Numbered from the stretch's first letter, positions 12,301 through 25,004 are shown. The stretch: DNA of 64,000 nt from Macrostomum lignano (GCA_002269645.1 NIVC01003046.1:1-64000); one strand, 5' to 3'. Made by a program: numbers and translations. The notes: generated by a model from the letters alone, not told the origin.

Positions 12301-15300
12301 CAAGTATACACCAATGGACCAAGGGGTATTGCAGAATAAAAGACCCTTTTTAGCATTTTACATTGCTTTGACAATGGTGGCATACTAACAAAACAACATT
12401 GTTACACAAAGCATACCAAAAAACTTTGTCAACTCTTTCATACACATTGTATATGCAGTGCTAGACTACCTACAACCTTGTTACATACAAGAATTTTCCC
12501 TACAAAACATTATCTTTGGGAGTATGGCCTATAGTCTAGATTATATTGGCCATATGCTAGAAAGAATTTGGCATGAATTCTTCATTTTATGCTAATTTAT
12601 GCATATAAAAAATAGCCCCAAGGCTTTATGTTAAATTGTTCCAAAGAAACGGAAAATGGTCTTAATTGCCAAATTTATCTAATTGTTAAGTGAAGCCTAG
12701 AATTTTTACAGAAATGTACCAAATTATAAGCCTTATTTTTGTAAATAATTTCAAAAGATAATATGATAGCCATCTAAAATGTTTTCAAAATAAAAAATAT
12801 AAAGTAAAATTATAAAAGTTATGTAGTTTAAATTTGTAATGTTTGTTATTTTTGTACCCAGCCACCCTCATTTCTCTGTGCAGGCTATTTTGTTCCAATT
12901 GCACATTGAGCTGATATATGTGCAAAGTTGGTATATGTATAATGCGATATATATTTCTTTTGTATTGAGCCCTTAGGTTTGCTATTAAATATATGCCCAA
13001 CTTGGGGCCAAAGTCTTAGTAAATTATCTTGGCTTTATACCAGTAACTACATTAACATTGCAAGTGAAGCAATGGCTATTAAACTATAACTGCCTCTACC
13101 TAAGCCATTCAATGTTAACAGAGAATCACACATGCTTGCATCATGGTGGGAGGATTGGTCTTCATAGTTCCTATGCTTTATTAATGCCTTGGGTGTCAGG
13201 GACTTGGCCTAGCAAAGACAAGTGCTGTTCTACATGGGCACAAATGCTGGCCAAATTCTACAAGCAATTGACCAGCATAGGAGACTATTAAAAAGAAAAT
13301 AAATCATCAAAATGAGGTTTGATTAATTAATTGCAATGCATTTCAATCAACTCACATCATTCTCAAGCAATGTAAAGTTAAAGTAAATTACCTCTGCTTT
13401 CGCAACTTAATCTGTTCAACTTTATTCAATTGCTATATATTACCTCATATCTCTAATATTACTTTAATTTTCATCGTCACCTTCATACAGAAATCACGCC
13501 GAGATGTCGCACACTTGTCGCGGCACCATCAACTTAGCCAGCGCCCAGATTCTTCCATACGATTCGTGCACATTCATCATCAAGAACAGCGGCACCCAAG
13601 TGTTCCATTTGAAGGCGCCGTCCGAAGTTGACAGGCAGCGCTGGGTGACTGCGCTTGAATTGGCCAAGTCGAAAGCGCCAGCCATTCGCGATGCTGGTAC
13701 GTTGGCGAGGAGAATGTACTTGTCAGCTGTTGAGTTATCGTAAAGTAGCTCAGGGGCAGAGTAGCTCACTGGTATGGGACAGAGTAGCCCAGCAGTAGGG
13801 GCAAAGCAGCTCAGCAGTACAGGGCAGAGTAGCTCAGCGATAGGAGGGAAGAATAGCTCAGCGGTAGAGGGGGAAGAGTAGCTCAGCGGTAGGAGGGGCA
13901 GAGTAGCTCAGCGGTAGGAGGGGGGCAGAGTAGCTCAGCGGTAGGGGGGGGTCAGAGTAGCTCAGCGGTAGGGGAGGGGGAGGGGGCAGAGTAGCTCAGC
14001 GCTAGAAGACAGAGTAGCTCAGCACTAGAAGGCAGAGTAGCTCAGCGCTAGAAGGCAGAGTAGCTCAGCGCTAGAATGCAGAGTAGCTCAGCGCTAGAAG
14101 GCAGAGTAGCTCAGCGCTAGAAGGCAGAGTAGCTCAGCGCTAGAAGGCAGAGTAGCTCAGCGCTAGAAGGCAGAGTAGCTCAGCGCTAGAATGCAGAGTA
14201 GCTCAGCGCTAGAAGGCAGAGTAGCTCAGCGCTAGAAGGCAGAGTAGCTCAGCGCTAGAAGGCAGAGTAGCTCAGCGCTAGAAGGCAGAGTAGCTCAGCG
14301 CTAGAATGCAGAGTAGCTCAGCGCTAGAATGCAGAGTAGCTCAGCGCTAGAAGGCAGAGTAGCTCAGCGCTAGAAGGCAGAGTAGCTCAGCGCTAGAAGG
14401 CAGAGTAGCTCAGCGCTAGAGGAGGGCAGAGTAGCTCAGCGCTAGAGGAGGGCAGAGTAGCTCAGCGCTAGAGGGCAGAGTAGCTCAGCGCTAGAGGGCA
14501 GAGTAGCTCAGCACTAGAAGGCAGAGTAGCTCAGCGCTAGAAGGCAGAGTAGCTCAGTGCTAGAGGGCAGAGTAGCTCAGCGCTAGAGGGCAGAGTAGCT
14601 CAGCGCTAGAAGGCAGAGTAGCTCAGCGCTAGAAGGCAGAGTAGCTCAGCGCTAGAGGGCAGAGTAGCTCAGCGCTAGAGAAGGGCAGAGTAGCTCAGCG
14701 CTAGAAGGCAGAGTAGCTCAGCGGTAGGGGGGGGGGGGGTCAGAGTAGCTCAGCGGTAGGGGACTAGTGAATCTTCCGCCAAAATCCTTGTGAGTTTGAT
14801 TCCTTGCCCGGCCACATTAATTTGTGGCTCGTGCACGAAAATTGGCCTGTTGACAGCCGTTGGCCCACGAGGGCCCCTCTGCGAACTGCGTGTACGAGTA
14901 CTTGTATTGGTGGCTTTCGGTAGGTACCTACCATAGTTTGAAAATATACTACGATTGATTCCCGGCCACCTCTTCTCAAATAGATCCTAACGAGCGTAAC
15001 TTCTCAATTTGAGGATAAATTCTCTGTCGTTTGGTATTGCCGCTAGTAGCTGAAGTCCAAGTACGAATAGTCCTGAATAAACTTTAATTTGCCAGCTACT
15101 AGTTGTAATATGTATTGTCGTCCACATGCATTGGAACTGAAATGGCTGATTTGAATTATCGCCCTTAGGTTCGTGTTGACATCACCTCCCATGCGTTTGA
15201 CTCGCCTTCATCTCTCATTGCACTCCCCTTCATCTCTCATTGCACTCCCTTCATCTCCCATTGCACTCCCTTTCATCTCTCATTGCACTCCCTTCATCTC

Positions 15301-18300
15301 CCATTGCACTCCCCTTCATCTCCCATTGCACTCCCCTTCATCTCCCATTGCATTCCCCTTTATCTCCCGTTTGACTTCCTTCATCTCCCGTTTGACTCCC
15401 TTCATCTCCCGTTTGACTCCCCTTCATCTCCCGTTTGACTCCCCTTCATCTCCCATTGCACCTCCCAGTACTATTTAGTATTTCTTTCACCTTTCTCTTT
15501 TTCTTGTAAACACTCTGCTTATAGAATTCAAGTTTCTAACTCAAGCCCTAGTAATACTATCATTTCTAGTTTGAGAATTTTTCTAGCTGATTTCGCTCTT
15601 TGAGAATTAGTTAAAGTATACGTTCGTATAACAAATAAGATGACATAAGCTTAAGGCCTATACACAGTTTCACTAGCATTATTAAGCTGCTCCTGTAAGT
15701 CAAAATGTTATTCAAGCCCCACGTTTACTTGATTACTAGGTTAAAAGCTGCCTCTATTGATTTCTTGTTGTCGGGCTCTGCATTGCTTGTTTGAATGCCC
15801 TTTGTGTGTGTCTTGTTTTTAGGATGGCGCGGGAGGCTGAGTGCATCTTGTTTCCTTCCTTTGGAGCGAATCATTGTGCGTGACTTGCATGCACGCGCAC
15901 TCTTTCAACAACTCCCAATTTTGTCTCCTTTGCTCGCCTCACACCCGGAGGGTTTCAGTTTTATTTTCGCCAGCTCCTGTTTCCACGCAGCATCTTTGCC
16001 TGTGCCCTTTCTTGGCTTGGGGAGGGTATAGTCTTAACGACTCGCCTGTCCCTGTGTTTGTTTTTCTCTTTGTGCGAAATTATCTGATGCACTATGCGAT
16101 TCTATAGGTCATGGGGTAGGCGCAGCATAGTATTGGTCTAGAATTGAGAAGGATTGAGATTCGAAGGAGCGAAGAAGAGAAGCTTCTTCATCTCCATTAA
16201 TAATGTAATCAAGATTTAGTTGGAGAACATTAGATTTGGGATTAGTAAAAATGGGGAGCATTAGCTTAGGGATTAGTAGGATTAGGAAGCATTGGATTTA
16301 GGATTAGTAGGATTGGGGAGCATTAGATTAGGGATTAGTAGGATTAGGGAGCATTAGATTAGGGATTAGTAGGATTGGGGAGCATTCGATTTGGGATTAG
16401 TAGGATAAGGGAGCATTGGATTAGGGATTAGTAGGATTGGGGAGCATTAGATTAGGGATAAGTAGGATTAGGGAGCATTAGATTAGGGATAAGTAGGATT
16501 AGGGAGCATTGGATTTGGGATTAGTAGGATTGGGGAGCATTAGATTAGGGATTAGTAGGATTAGGGAGCATTAGATTAGGGATTAGTAGTATTGGAGAGC
16601 ATTATATTAGGGATTAGTAGGATTAAGGAGCATTCGATTTGGGATTAGTAGGAATGAGGAGCATTCGATTTGGGATTAGTAGGATTGGGGAGCATTAGAT
16701 TAGGGATTAGTAGGATTAGGGAGCATTAGATTAGGGATTAGTAGGATTAGGGAGCATTAGATTAGGGATTAGTAGGATTGGGGAGCATTCGATTTGGGAT
16801 TAGTAGGATAAGGGAGCATTGGATTAGGGATTAGTAGGATTGGGGAGCATTAGATTAGGGATAAGTAGGATTAGGGAGCATTGGATTTGGGATTAGTAGG
16901 ATTGGGGAGCATTAGATTAGGGATTAGTAGGATTAGGGAGCATTAGATTAGGGATTAGTAGTATTGGAGAGCATTATATTAGGGATTAGTAGGATTAAGA
17001 AGAATTAGATTTAGGATTAGTAGGATTGGGGAGCATTAGATTTGGGATTAGTAGGATTGGGGAGCATTAGATTAGGGATTAGTAGGATTAGGGAGCATTA
17101 GATTAGGGATTAGTAGTATTGGAGAGCATTATATTAGGGATTAGTAGGATTAAGGAGCGTTAGATTTGGGATTAGTAGGATTGTCGAGCATTAGATTAGG
17201 GATTAGTAAGAATGTGGGAAATTGGATTTAGGATTAGTAGGAATTTCCTTCATTGGATTTAGGATTAGTAGGAATGTCCCTCATTGGATTTAGGATTAGT
17301 TGGAGTAAATAAATGTAAAATTTGGTGTAGTAAAATTGATACCCACCCCTTCAACATTCAGACTCGTGCTCAGAGGACGGCGAAATCACGATGGGCACGG
17401 ACTCTAGAGAGGTGGAACAGCTGATCGCTCAGATTGATCAGAAACTATCGGACATGAAGAACTTTAGCGCGACTCTCAATCACAACGGCGAGACTCTGAT
17501 TCACCTGCTAGCCGAGTTCGAGGCCAAGCGATGCGAGGCCGCCGCCGCTTTACCGGTTTCGTCCGCCGAGGACACTCTAGTCAAGTCGCTGAAGGAGAGG
17601 ACCACTATGCATAAAATTATGCTTAACGCTATGCTCAACGTAAGCAGCATTTATTCTCTTTTCGTGATTCAATTACTTGGGTGCATCTTTTAAGTTCCTT
17701 ATGATAGAATCGGAGATGCTTCTTACCTGGTAGCTTTCAACTCCCAATTTCTAGGGTCACAATTTTATTAAATTAATTATGTAATCAACATCCAAATCTA
17801 TTTAGCAGATTCCTAGATTTCCAACCCCGATTCCCCATCTCTGAGATCCCAGATTTCCAATCCCGATTCCCCATCTCTTGAAATTCCAGATTTCCAATCC
17901 CGATTCCCCATCTCTGAGATCCCAGATTTCCAATCCTGATTCCCCATCTCTGAAATCCCATATTTCCAATCCCGATTCCCCATCTCTGAGATCCCAGATT
18001 TCCAATCCCGATTCCCCATCTCTTGAAATCCCAGATTTCCAATCCCGATTCCCCATCTCTGAGATCCCAGATTTCCAATCCCGATTCCCCATCTCTTGAA
18101 ATTCCAGATTTCCAATCCCGATTCCCCATCTCTGAGATCCCAGATTTCCAATCCCGATTCCCCATCTCTTGAAATCCCAGATTTCCAATCCCGATTCCTC
18201 ATCTCTGAGATCCCAGATTTCCAATCCCGATTCCCCATCTCTGAGATCCCAGATTTCCAATCCCGATTCCCCATCTCTGAGATCCCAGATTTCCAATCCC

Positions 18301-19061
18301 GATTCCCCATCTCTTGAAATTCCAGATTTCCAATCCCGATTCCCCATCTCTGAGATCCCAGATTTCCAATCCTGATTCCCCATCTCTGAGATCCCAGATT
18401 TCCAATCCCGATTCCCCATCTCTGAGATCCCAGATTTCCAATCCCGTTCCTCCTTCTCAGATCTTGGATCAAAATCTGAAATTCTAATGAGTCTAAGAAA
18501 GCCACAACAGTCTGCTTCAGGATTTGCCCTTGAAAAAAGCATTCTATTGCTGTCAAGTCGCTTCTGCCATGCACCTGTCTGAACTCAAATTCAGCCTATG
18601 CCATCTGGTTGGAGTTTTTTCTTCGTCTGTTTGTCCGCCTCTCTTCTTCTGAGCGACCCTGGATGGCGAGTCTGTACGGCTGGTGCTTTAAGTTGCCTTA
18701 CTCAAGAGAGAGATAAAGAATTTTTTAGCTTGCGGCTCTTTAGCCACGAGTATTAAGCATAATTATAGCTTGCTAATTTATGCTAACTGACTAGAGTACC
18801 TTTTCCATATTCGATCGGCCTTGATACACTAAGCAAGCCATCATCCAGTATATCAAATTGAATTCTTTGTGCGAGCCGAGCCGAGTCTCCGTTCCCCAGG
18901 CAGCCACCGAAATTTCTCCCATCTCGTCCCCCATCCCAACGCTGACTCTCGACTGTATTGAACTGGCGGTTTTTCCTCTCTGCGGACCCAAAAAGCTTCG
19001 GCTACTGCTACTGCTGGCTAGATGGCAGGATGGAGGGTTGCGGGTGTAAGGAAGGGGGTTG

Positions 19062-19098
<37 letters not shown>

Positions 19099-22000
19099 TT
19101 GCATTGGCGCGCGCACATCCAGGCGTTGCTTCACAGGCAGGGACTGACCGAGGGAGAAGGGAAGATAAAAATAAATGGCATCGAACTCTTCCTGTAAGAG
19201 CTGCGTTGCGAATCCTCCTTTCCCCTCTCATCCTCTCCGTCTTCCTCTTGACTCGGTCGTGCCGCTCCCACTCGCTGCCCTGAAGCTTTAATGTTATTGA
19301 GCGTATAAAGTGGTTTAGTTAGAAGCTACAGTTTCTCTGGTTTTACACCCGAGAACTTTTTTCGCCCATAAAAATTTGCAGTCCTGCCGAGACGTTGGCG
19401 AGTTTCTGTCTAACGAAGGTCGGCGCTGGAAACGACTGCTAGATTATGAGCGCGGCCAGCGGCGCCAGCTGCAGGACATGGTTGAACAGCTAGCCAAGCA
19501 GCACAGCTCGTTGGAGAAGAAAATCATTCAGGAGGGCTCCTGTGGCGCTCATCCGGGCTTTGTTGAATCCGCTAAGCAGCAGCAGCACCGGGGTGAGGAT
19601 TTTCAAAAGTTTTGTGGGGTGACGCTTTCACTGCTTGATGCGGTGAGTGTCATCGGTCTAGTTTACTTCTAGGATAGTGTCATTACGGATGGTGTCATTT
19701 GAGATGCTGTCATTGAGGATGGTGTCATTGTGGATAGTGTCATTGGGGATGGTGTCATTTGAGATGCTGTCATTGAGGATGGTGTCATTGGAGATGGTGT
19801 CATTGTGGATGGTGTCATTGAGGATGGTGTCATTGTGGATGGTGTCATTGAGGATGGTGTCATTGGGGATGGTGTCATTGTGGATGGTGTCATTGTGGAT
19901 GGTGTCATTGTGGATGGTGTCATTGTGGATGGTGTCATTGTGGATGGTGTCATTGTGGATGGTGTCATTGTGGATGGTGTCATTGTGGATGGTGTCATTG
20001 TGGATGGTGTCATTGTGGATGGTGTCATTGTGGATGGTGTCATTGTGGATGGTGTCATTGGGGATGGTGTCATTGTGGATGGTGTCATTGGGGATGGTGT
20101 CATTGGGGATGGTGTCATTGTGGATGGTGTCATTGGGGATGGTGTCATTGGGAATGGTGTCATTGTGGATGGTGTCATTGTGGATGGTGTCATTGTGGAT
20201 AGTGTCATTGTGGATAGTGTCATTGTGGATGGTGTCATTGGGGATAGTGTCATTGGGGATGGTGTCATTGGGGATGGTGTCATTGGGGATGGTGTCATTG
20301 GGGATGGTGTCATTGTGGATAGTGTCATTGGGGATGGTGTCATTGGGGATGGTGTCATTGTGGATGGTGTCATTGTGGATGGTGTCATTGTGGATAGTGT
20401 CATTGTGGATGGTGTCATTGGGGATGGTGTCATTGGGGATGGTGTCATTGTGGATGGTGTCATTGTGGATGGTGTCATTTGAGATGGTGTCATTGGGGAT
20501 GGTGTCATTGGGGATGGTGTCATTGGAGATGGTGTCACTGGGGATGGTGCCATTGCCAGTCCCAGCAGCAAATCCCAATCTCCCTAACCAGAGCTAATAG
20601 CCCAAACTAAAAGCCACCCAAATGTCCCCCTAGCAGCTACTTCGGCATCGTCAGCCGGTGCTGCCGACGAACCCGGTGCCTCGAAGGCGAGCCAGCAGCC
20701 AGCTGAAGACGAGGACAACAGCGAGGACGAATTTCACGACGCCAACGAGATGCTGGAACTGGAAGGTGGTGCCGGCGTCGATTCAGCCGCTGTAGTGAAT
20801 TCCCAGAAGCAGCAGAAGCAAGAGCAGCAGCAGATTATCAAGATCAGCCTGCCAACCAACCGAACGCCCAGCCCGGCCGTAGTGCACAAAACCGACAGTT
20901 TCGCTGACGAATACGAAAGCGACTGCGAATACTCGGACAGGGAGGCCCGGGAGACAGTTGCGAATACAATGTCATCATGACTAAGCTGACTAGGCACGCG
21001 TCCTCCGGCTCGTCGGCTGGCCAGCCCAAGCTTCGCCAGCATCAGAGGCCGTTGTCTAGGCCGAGCTCGAGTGTCGGCTTCTCTCAACAACATCCTTCAT
21101 CATCATCCTCAGCTTCCTTAACTGGCGGCGGTGTCGTTCGGCGCACGCGTCGATCAACTGTACCGGAGCGACCGAATTACAGTTTGAACCTGTGGAGCAT
21201 TATGAAGAATTGCATTGGCCGAGAGTTAACTAAGATACCTATGCCGGTGAATTTTAGCGAACCGTTGAGCATGCTGCAGCGCATCACAGAGGAGCTGGAG
21301 TACTCGCATTGTTTGGATAAAGCGGCCCGAGCATCGGACCAATGGGAGCAGCTGGCGTATGTTGCCGCCTATACTATTAGTTCGTATTCGACTACGGCTG
21401 CGCGAACGGCTAAACCGTTTAATCCTCTGCTTGGGGAGACGTTCGAATTCGATCGGACTGAGGATCTGGGCTGGCGATCCTTTGCCGAGCAGGTAGGACT
21501 GCAGCAGGGTTGGTCTGAGCAGGTAGGACTGCAGCAGGGTTGGTATGAGCAGGTAGGACTGCAGCAGGGTTGGTCTGAGCAGGTAGGACTGCAGCAGGGT
21601 TGGTATGAGCAGGTAGGACTGCAGCAGGGTTGGTATGAGCAGGTAGGACTGCAGCAGGGTTGGTATGAGCAGGTAGGACTGCAGCAGGGTTGGTATGAGC
21701 AGGTAGGACTGCAGCAGGGTTGGTCTGAGCAGGTAGGACTGCAGCAGGGTTGGTCTGAGCAGGCAGAACCGAAGGATTAGCGGCGTTCGATAAGCACTTG
21801 ACGGATCAGGATTTACGCCAAGGTACTAATTACCAATCCAGGTAAGCCATCACCCGCCAGCTGCCGCGTTCCACGTCGAGAGCAAAGCGGGCTGGATCGC
21901 CTACCAAGAGTTCGGCATGTCCAGCAAGTTTCGCGGCAAATTCCTGTCAGTCATACCGCATGGCATCGCTCACCTGGTGTTCGCCGAGTCCGGGCATCAC

Positions 22001-25000
22001 TACACCTGGCGTAAAGTGACCTCAACTGTGCACAATATCATTGTTGGCAAATTGTGGATTGATAATCACGGCGAGATGGATATTGTTAATCACACTACTG
22101 GCGACGTCTGCAGACTTACTTACAAACCTTATTCCTATTTCTCTCGGGAGACGCCGCGCAAAGTGACTGGAGTTATTACGGATAGGCAGGGGTGACCAGG
22201 TGAGGTTGTTATTTGGGATGCCAAATCAATGCTAGTAAATGCAATACGAGGATGTTATAAAATAGACACAATGTATTTTATTTTTAGCAGCAGGTTTCTG
22301 GCAGTGCTAAAACAGAGTGCAATGTCTTGGAGTAAAGGGAGCTACAGAAAGAAGGATGAGAGTGTGACAACGGGAGAGGAGGCTAAAGCAGTGATAAAGA
22401 ATAATAAGACAATATGGAGGCTGTGCCATAGAGTAAGGAAGATGAGGCGCTCGAAAAAGAGATTGACACTTAGAGTATATGATAAGACAATGAGAATAGA
22501 TAGGTGTGAGAACCAAAATAGATAGGTGAGACAGTGAGAATAGATATGTGAGACAGTGAGAATAGATAGGTGAGACAATGAGAATAGATACGTAAGACAG
22601 TGAGGATAGATAGGTGATAGAGTGAGAATAGATACGTAATACAGTGAGGATAGATAAGTGAGAGAGTGAGAATAGATAGGTGAGACAGTGAGAATAGATA
22701 GGTGAGACAGTGAGAATAAATAGGTGAGACAGTGAGAATAGATAGGTGAGACAGTGAGAATAAATAGGTGAGACAGTGAGAATAGATTGGTGAGACAGTG
22801 GGAATAGATCGGTGAGAAACTGAAAATGGATAGATAAGTGAGACAGTGAGCATAGATAGGTAAAACAGTGAGAATAGACAGGTGATACATTGAGAGTAGA
22901 TAGGTACGACAGTGGGAATAGATTGGTGAGACAGTGGGAATGGATGTAATAGATAGTGATAGTAGATAGACAGGTAAGCAATATGGCAGCCACACAAGGC
23001 ATCAGTAAACACTGGCAGCCCATCACACCGCACTCGCAGGTACGTGCTAACGGGCACCTGGGACGAGATGATCGAAGGAGCCCGCGTGTGCCGCGTTGAC
23101 GACGCCAACCAGGCCAAGCCGGTGATGGAGACCCGCCAGGCCAGCGTTCTGTGGCGCCGGAATCCCAACCTACCCAACGCAGACAAGATGTACAATTTCA
23201 CTAAATTCGCCATCGAAATGAACGAGCCAGAGGACGGCGTTGCGCCAACAGATTCGCGACTTCGGCCAGATCAGCGCCTGATGGAGGACGGCCGCTGGGA
23301 CGAGGCTAATAAAGAGAAACTCCGGCTTGAGGAGAAACAGCGGGCTAAGAGGCGGCAACGCGAGGTCACAGTGGCGGCAGCAGCCGACGCGGACTCAACA
23401 GTCGCAGCTGGAGGATCGACGGGAGCAGCTGCCGGTCAGCTGGGTGAGTAGAGGAGCGTTGTACATGCGCTTAGGGCTTGTCTGTTTATTATGCATTGAT
23501 CCCGTTCCTGTGTCTTTTGTATTTTCTATATAAATCTGTGAGGCGCTGCCCCTCTTCGGGGAATTATTGGCGATCTGCTGGCCCTGAGGGATAATTATTG
23601 GTGAACTGCTGCCCCTCCTCAGGGGAAATTATTGGTAACCTGCTGTCTCTTCAGGGGGAATTATTAGTAATCTGCTGTCCCTCCTCAGGGGGAATTATTG
23701 GTGATCTGCTGCCCCTCCTCAGGGGGAATTATTGGTGATCTGCTGCCTCTCCTCAGTGGGAATTATTGGTAATCTGCTGTCTCTCCTCAGGGGTATTATT
23801 ATTGGTGAGCTGCTTGAAGTCATAGTGTACCATTCTGTCGTACACCCTTTAGTATTCAATGCGGTTCCAGATGGCCACAAGCGCTGTATGTGCTTTATTA
23901 GACTGAACGACTTCTGTTCGTTTTCTCGCTGGCAGGATTTGCTCAATTAATTAATTTTCTGCATTGATTTATAATGCTCTATCCATATTGCACATGAAAT
24001 TACTTTTCAAACCCCTAATTAACAGATGTACCCATGAAAATGCTTTCAACTTTGTTATCTTTGCACGTGAAATTCAAAGAAGCAACTCTTGCCTCCGTTA
24101 TTGACCTGATAGTAGCTCGAATTTGACATTCTCCTCTGTTTCTCACGGGGTTGCGACTATTGCGATATGTGTCAGCTCACACCGCCTGTGTATAAATTAT
24201 ACCGTTTATCTGCAAATTGATTTCGGCGCAGACGACGCGCCGTTTTCAGACGCAGCAGTCGCTGCGGCCGCAGTCGCTGGTAACCAGTTTTACCCCTAGT
24301 GCCGACGCTAGCTAGCCTTATTTACTATTTGTTATTTCAGCTGGCAGTTCCAATTATTCTTTAGATACTTTTACTCTTTTACGTTAGCTAATACTCGCTA
24401 TTTAGTAGTGAAATTTAAGAGTACATGAGCAGATATATAATGTACTTAAGCAAATTAAATCTAGTAATTATAGCGCTACGTCATCTGCTTTTTAGCTACT
24501 GATTGTGAAAGTTATATAATCTCTGAATAGCTACTTATAGTAATAGCAACATACTTGCGTCATTATAACATGAAATTTAGCTCTTTTTACTCTTATTTTT
24601 AGATCAATTGCTGAAATATATAATTAGTTATTAGTTTATTACATGCTAGTTATTTCACTGACTGACTCACTCACTGACTCACTCACTGACTCACTGATTG
24701 ACTGACTCACACTCACTCACTCACTCACTCACTCACTCACTCACTCACTCACTCACTCACTGACTGACTGACTTGAGTGAGTGGGTGACTGACTGACTGA
24801 CTGTCTGACTTACTCACTGACTCACTGACTGACTCCCAACCCACCCCCCTACTCATCGCAGAGCATGGGGCCCCAGAGTTCGAGCCGGTGTGGTTCAAGC
24901 TGCAGCAGGACGAGATCACTGGCAACAGCATTCACCGCTTCACTGGCGACTATTGGGCCTGCAAGGAGCGAGCGGATTGGTCAAAGTGTCCCGACCTGTA

Positions 25001-25004
25001 CTGA
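9370..25004 (+). CDS. OSBP: Oxysterol-binding protein (PH - coiled coil - FFAT - ORD), 8 exons, two 1-nt frame breaks
   Basis: Exons 9370-9497, 13491-13696, 17362-17639, 19382-19592, 20634/20637-21492, 21842-22199, 23040-23443, 24862-25004; GT-AG with matching phases. PH domain [21 protein letters not shown]...[12 protein letters not shown]; FFAT-like EDEFHDANE; [49 protein letters not shown]|[16 protein letters not shown], and C-terminus DWSKCPDLY*. Frame breaks at about 20941-20977 and 22189-22192. Confidence 0.95.
9584..10966 (-). mobile_element. Non-autonomous LTR retroelement (TRIM-like) in OSBP intron 1
   Basis: TG...CA direct repeats 9584-9861 and 10688-10966; 4-bp TSD GGCT (9580-83, 10967-70). 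On the minus strand a PBS TGGTGAGCCCGACACCC lies 1 nt after the 5' LTR and a GGGGGGAG polypurine tract lies just before the 3' LTR. The 826-bp GC-rich interior has no gag/pol motifs. Confidence 0.88.
13755..14760. repeat. About 23-bp minisatellite (GGCAGAGTAGCTCAGCGCTAGAA)n, OSBP intron 2
   Basis: About 40 tandem units with a homogeneous centre and degenerate G-rich edges. Confidence 0.95.
15200..15460. repeat. About 21-bp pyrimidine-rich minisatellite (CCTTCATCTCCCATTGCACTC)n
   Basis: Tandem units visible directly. Confidence 0.9.
16240..17300. repeat. About 30-bp G-rich minisatellite (GGATTAGTAGGATTGGGGAGCATTAGATTAG)n
   Basis: Tandem units; a block of about 400 bp is internally duplicated (variant at 16384 recurs at about 16786). 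Confidence 0.93.
17815..18445. repeat. 36-37-bp minisatellite (CCCAGATTTCCAATCCCGATTCCCCATCTCTGAGAT)n, OSBP intron 3
   Basis: About 17 tandem units. Confidence 0.95.
19672..20550. repeat. 15-bp minisatellite (GGATGGTGTCATTGT)n, OSBP intron 4
   Basis: About 58 units; explains the ORFs at 19658-20597. Confidence 0.97.
21487..21762 (+). repeat. 30-bp minisatellite spanning the OSBP exon 5 / intron 5 junction
   Basis: Unit GAGCAG|GTAGGACTGCAGCAGGGTTGGT(C/A)T; nine full copies plus a partial tenth (GAGCAGGCAG). Confidence 0.97.
22480..22960. repeat. 22-bp minisatellite (GTGAGACAGTGAGAATAGATAG)n, OSBP intron 6
   Basis: Tandem units. Confidence 0.92.
23545..23810. repeat. About 34-bp minisatellite (GGGGAATTATTGGTGATCTGCTGCCCCTCCTCA)n, OSBP intron 7
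   Basis: About 7-8 degenerate units. Confidence 0.85.
24655..24835. repeat. (ACTC)n/(ACTG)n microsatellite just upstream of the last OSBP exon
   Basis: Direct reading. Confidence 0.95.

Noticed and set aside
16240-17300. Interstitial telomeric repeat (TTAGGG)
   Set aside because: TTAGGG occurs once per unit of about 30 bp, never as a tandem hexamer array.
19640-19650. Alternative OSBP donor GCG|GTGAGT at 19643
   Set aside because: It is phase 0 while the next acceptor needs phase 1; the donor at 19593 fits.
22190-22196. Using GG|GTGACC as the OSBP exon 6 donor to avoid the stop
   Set aside because: It keeps the frame but deletes three residues relative to the conserved spacing and uses a weaker donor. 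A missing G is the more parsimonious explanation, though this alternative is not excluded.
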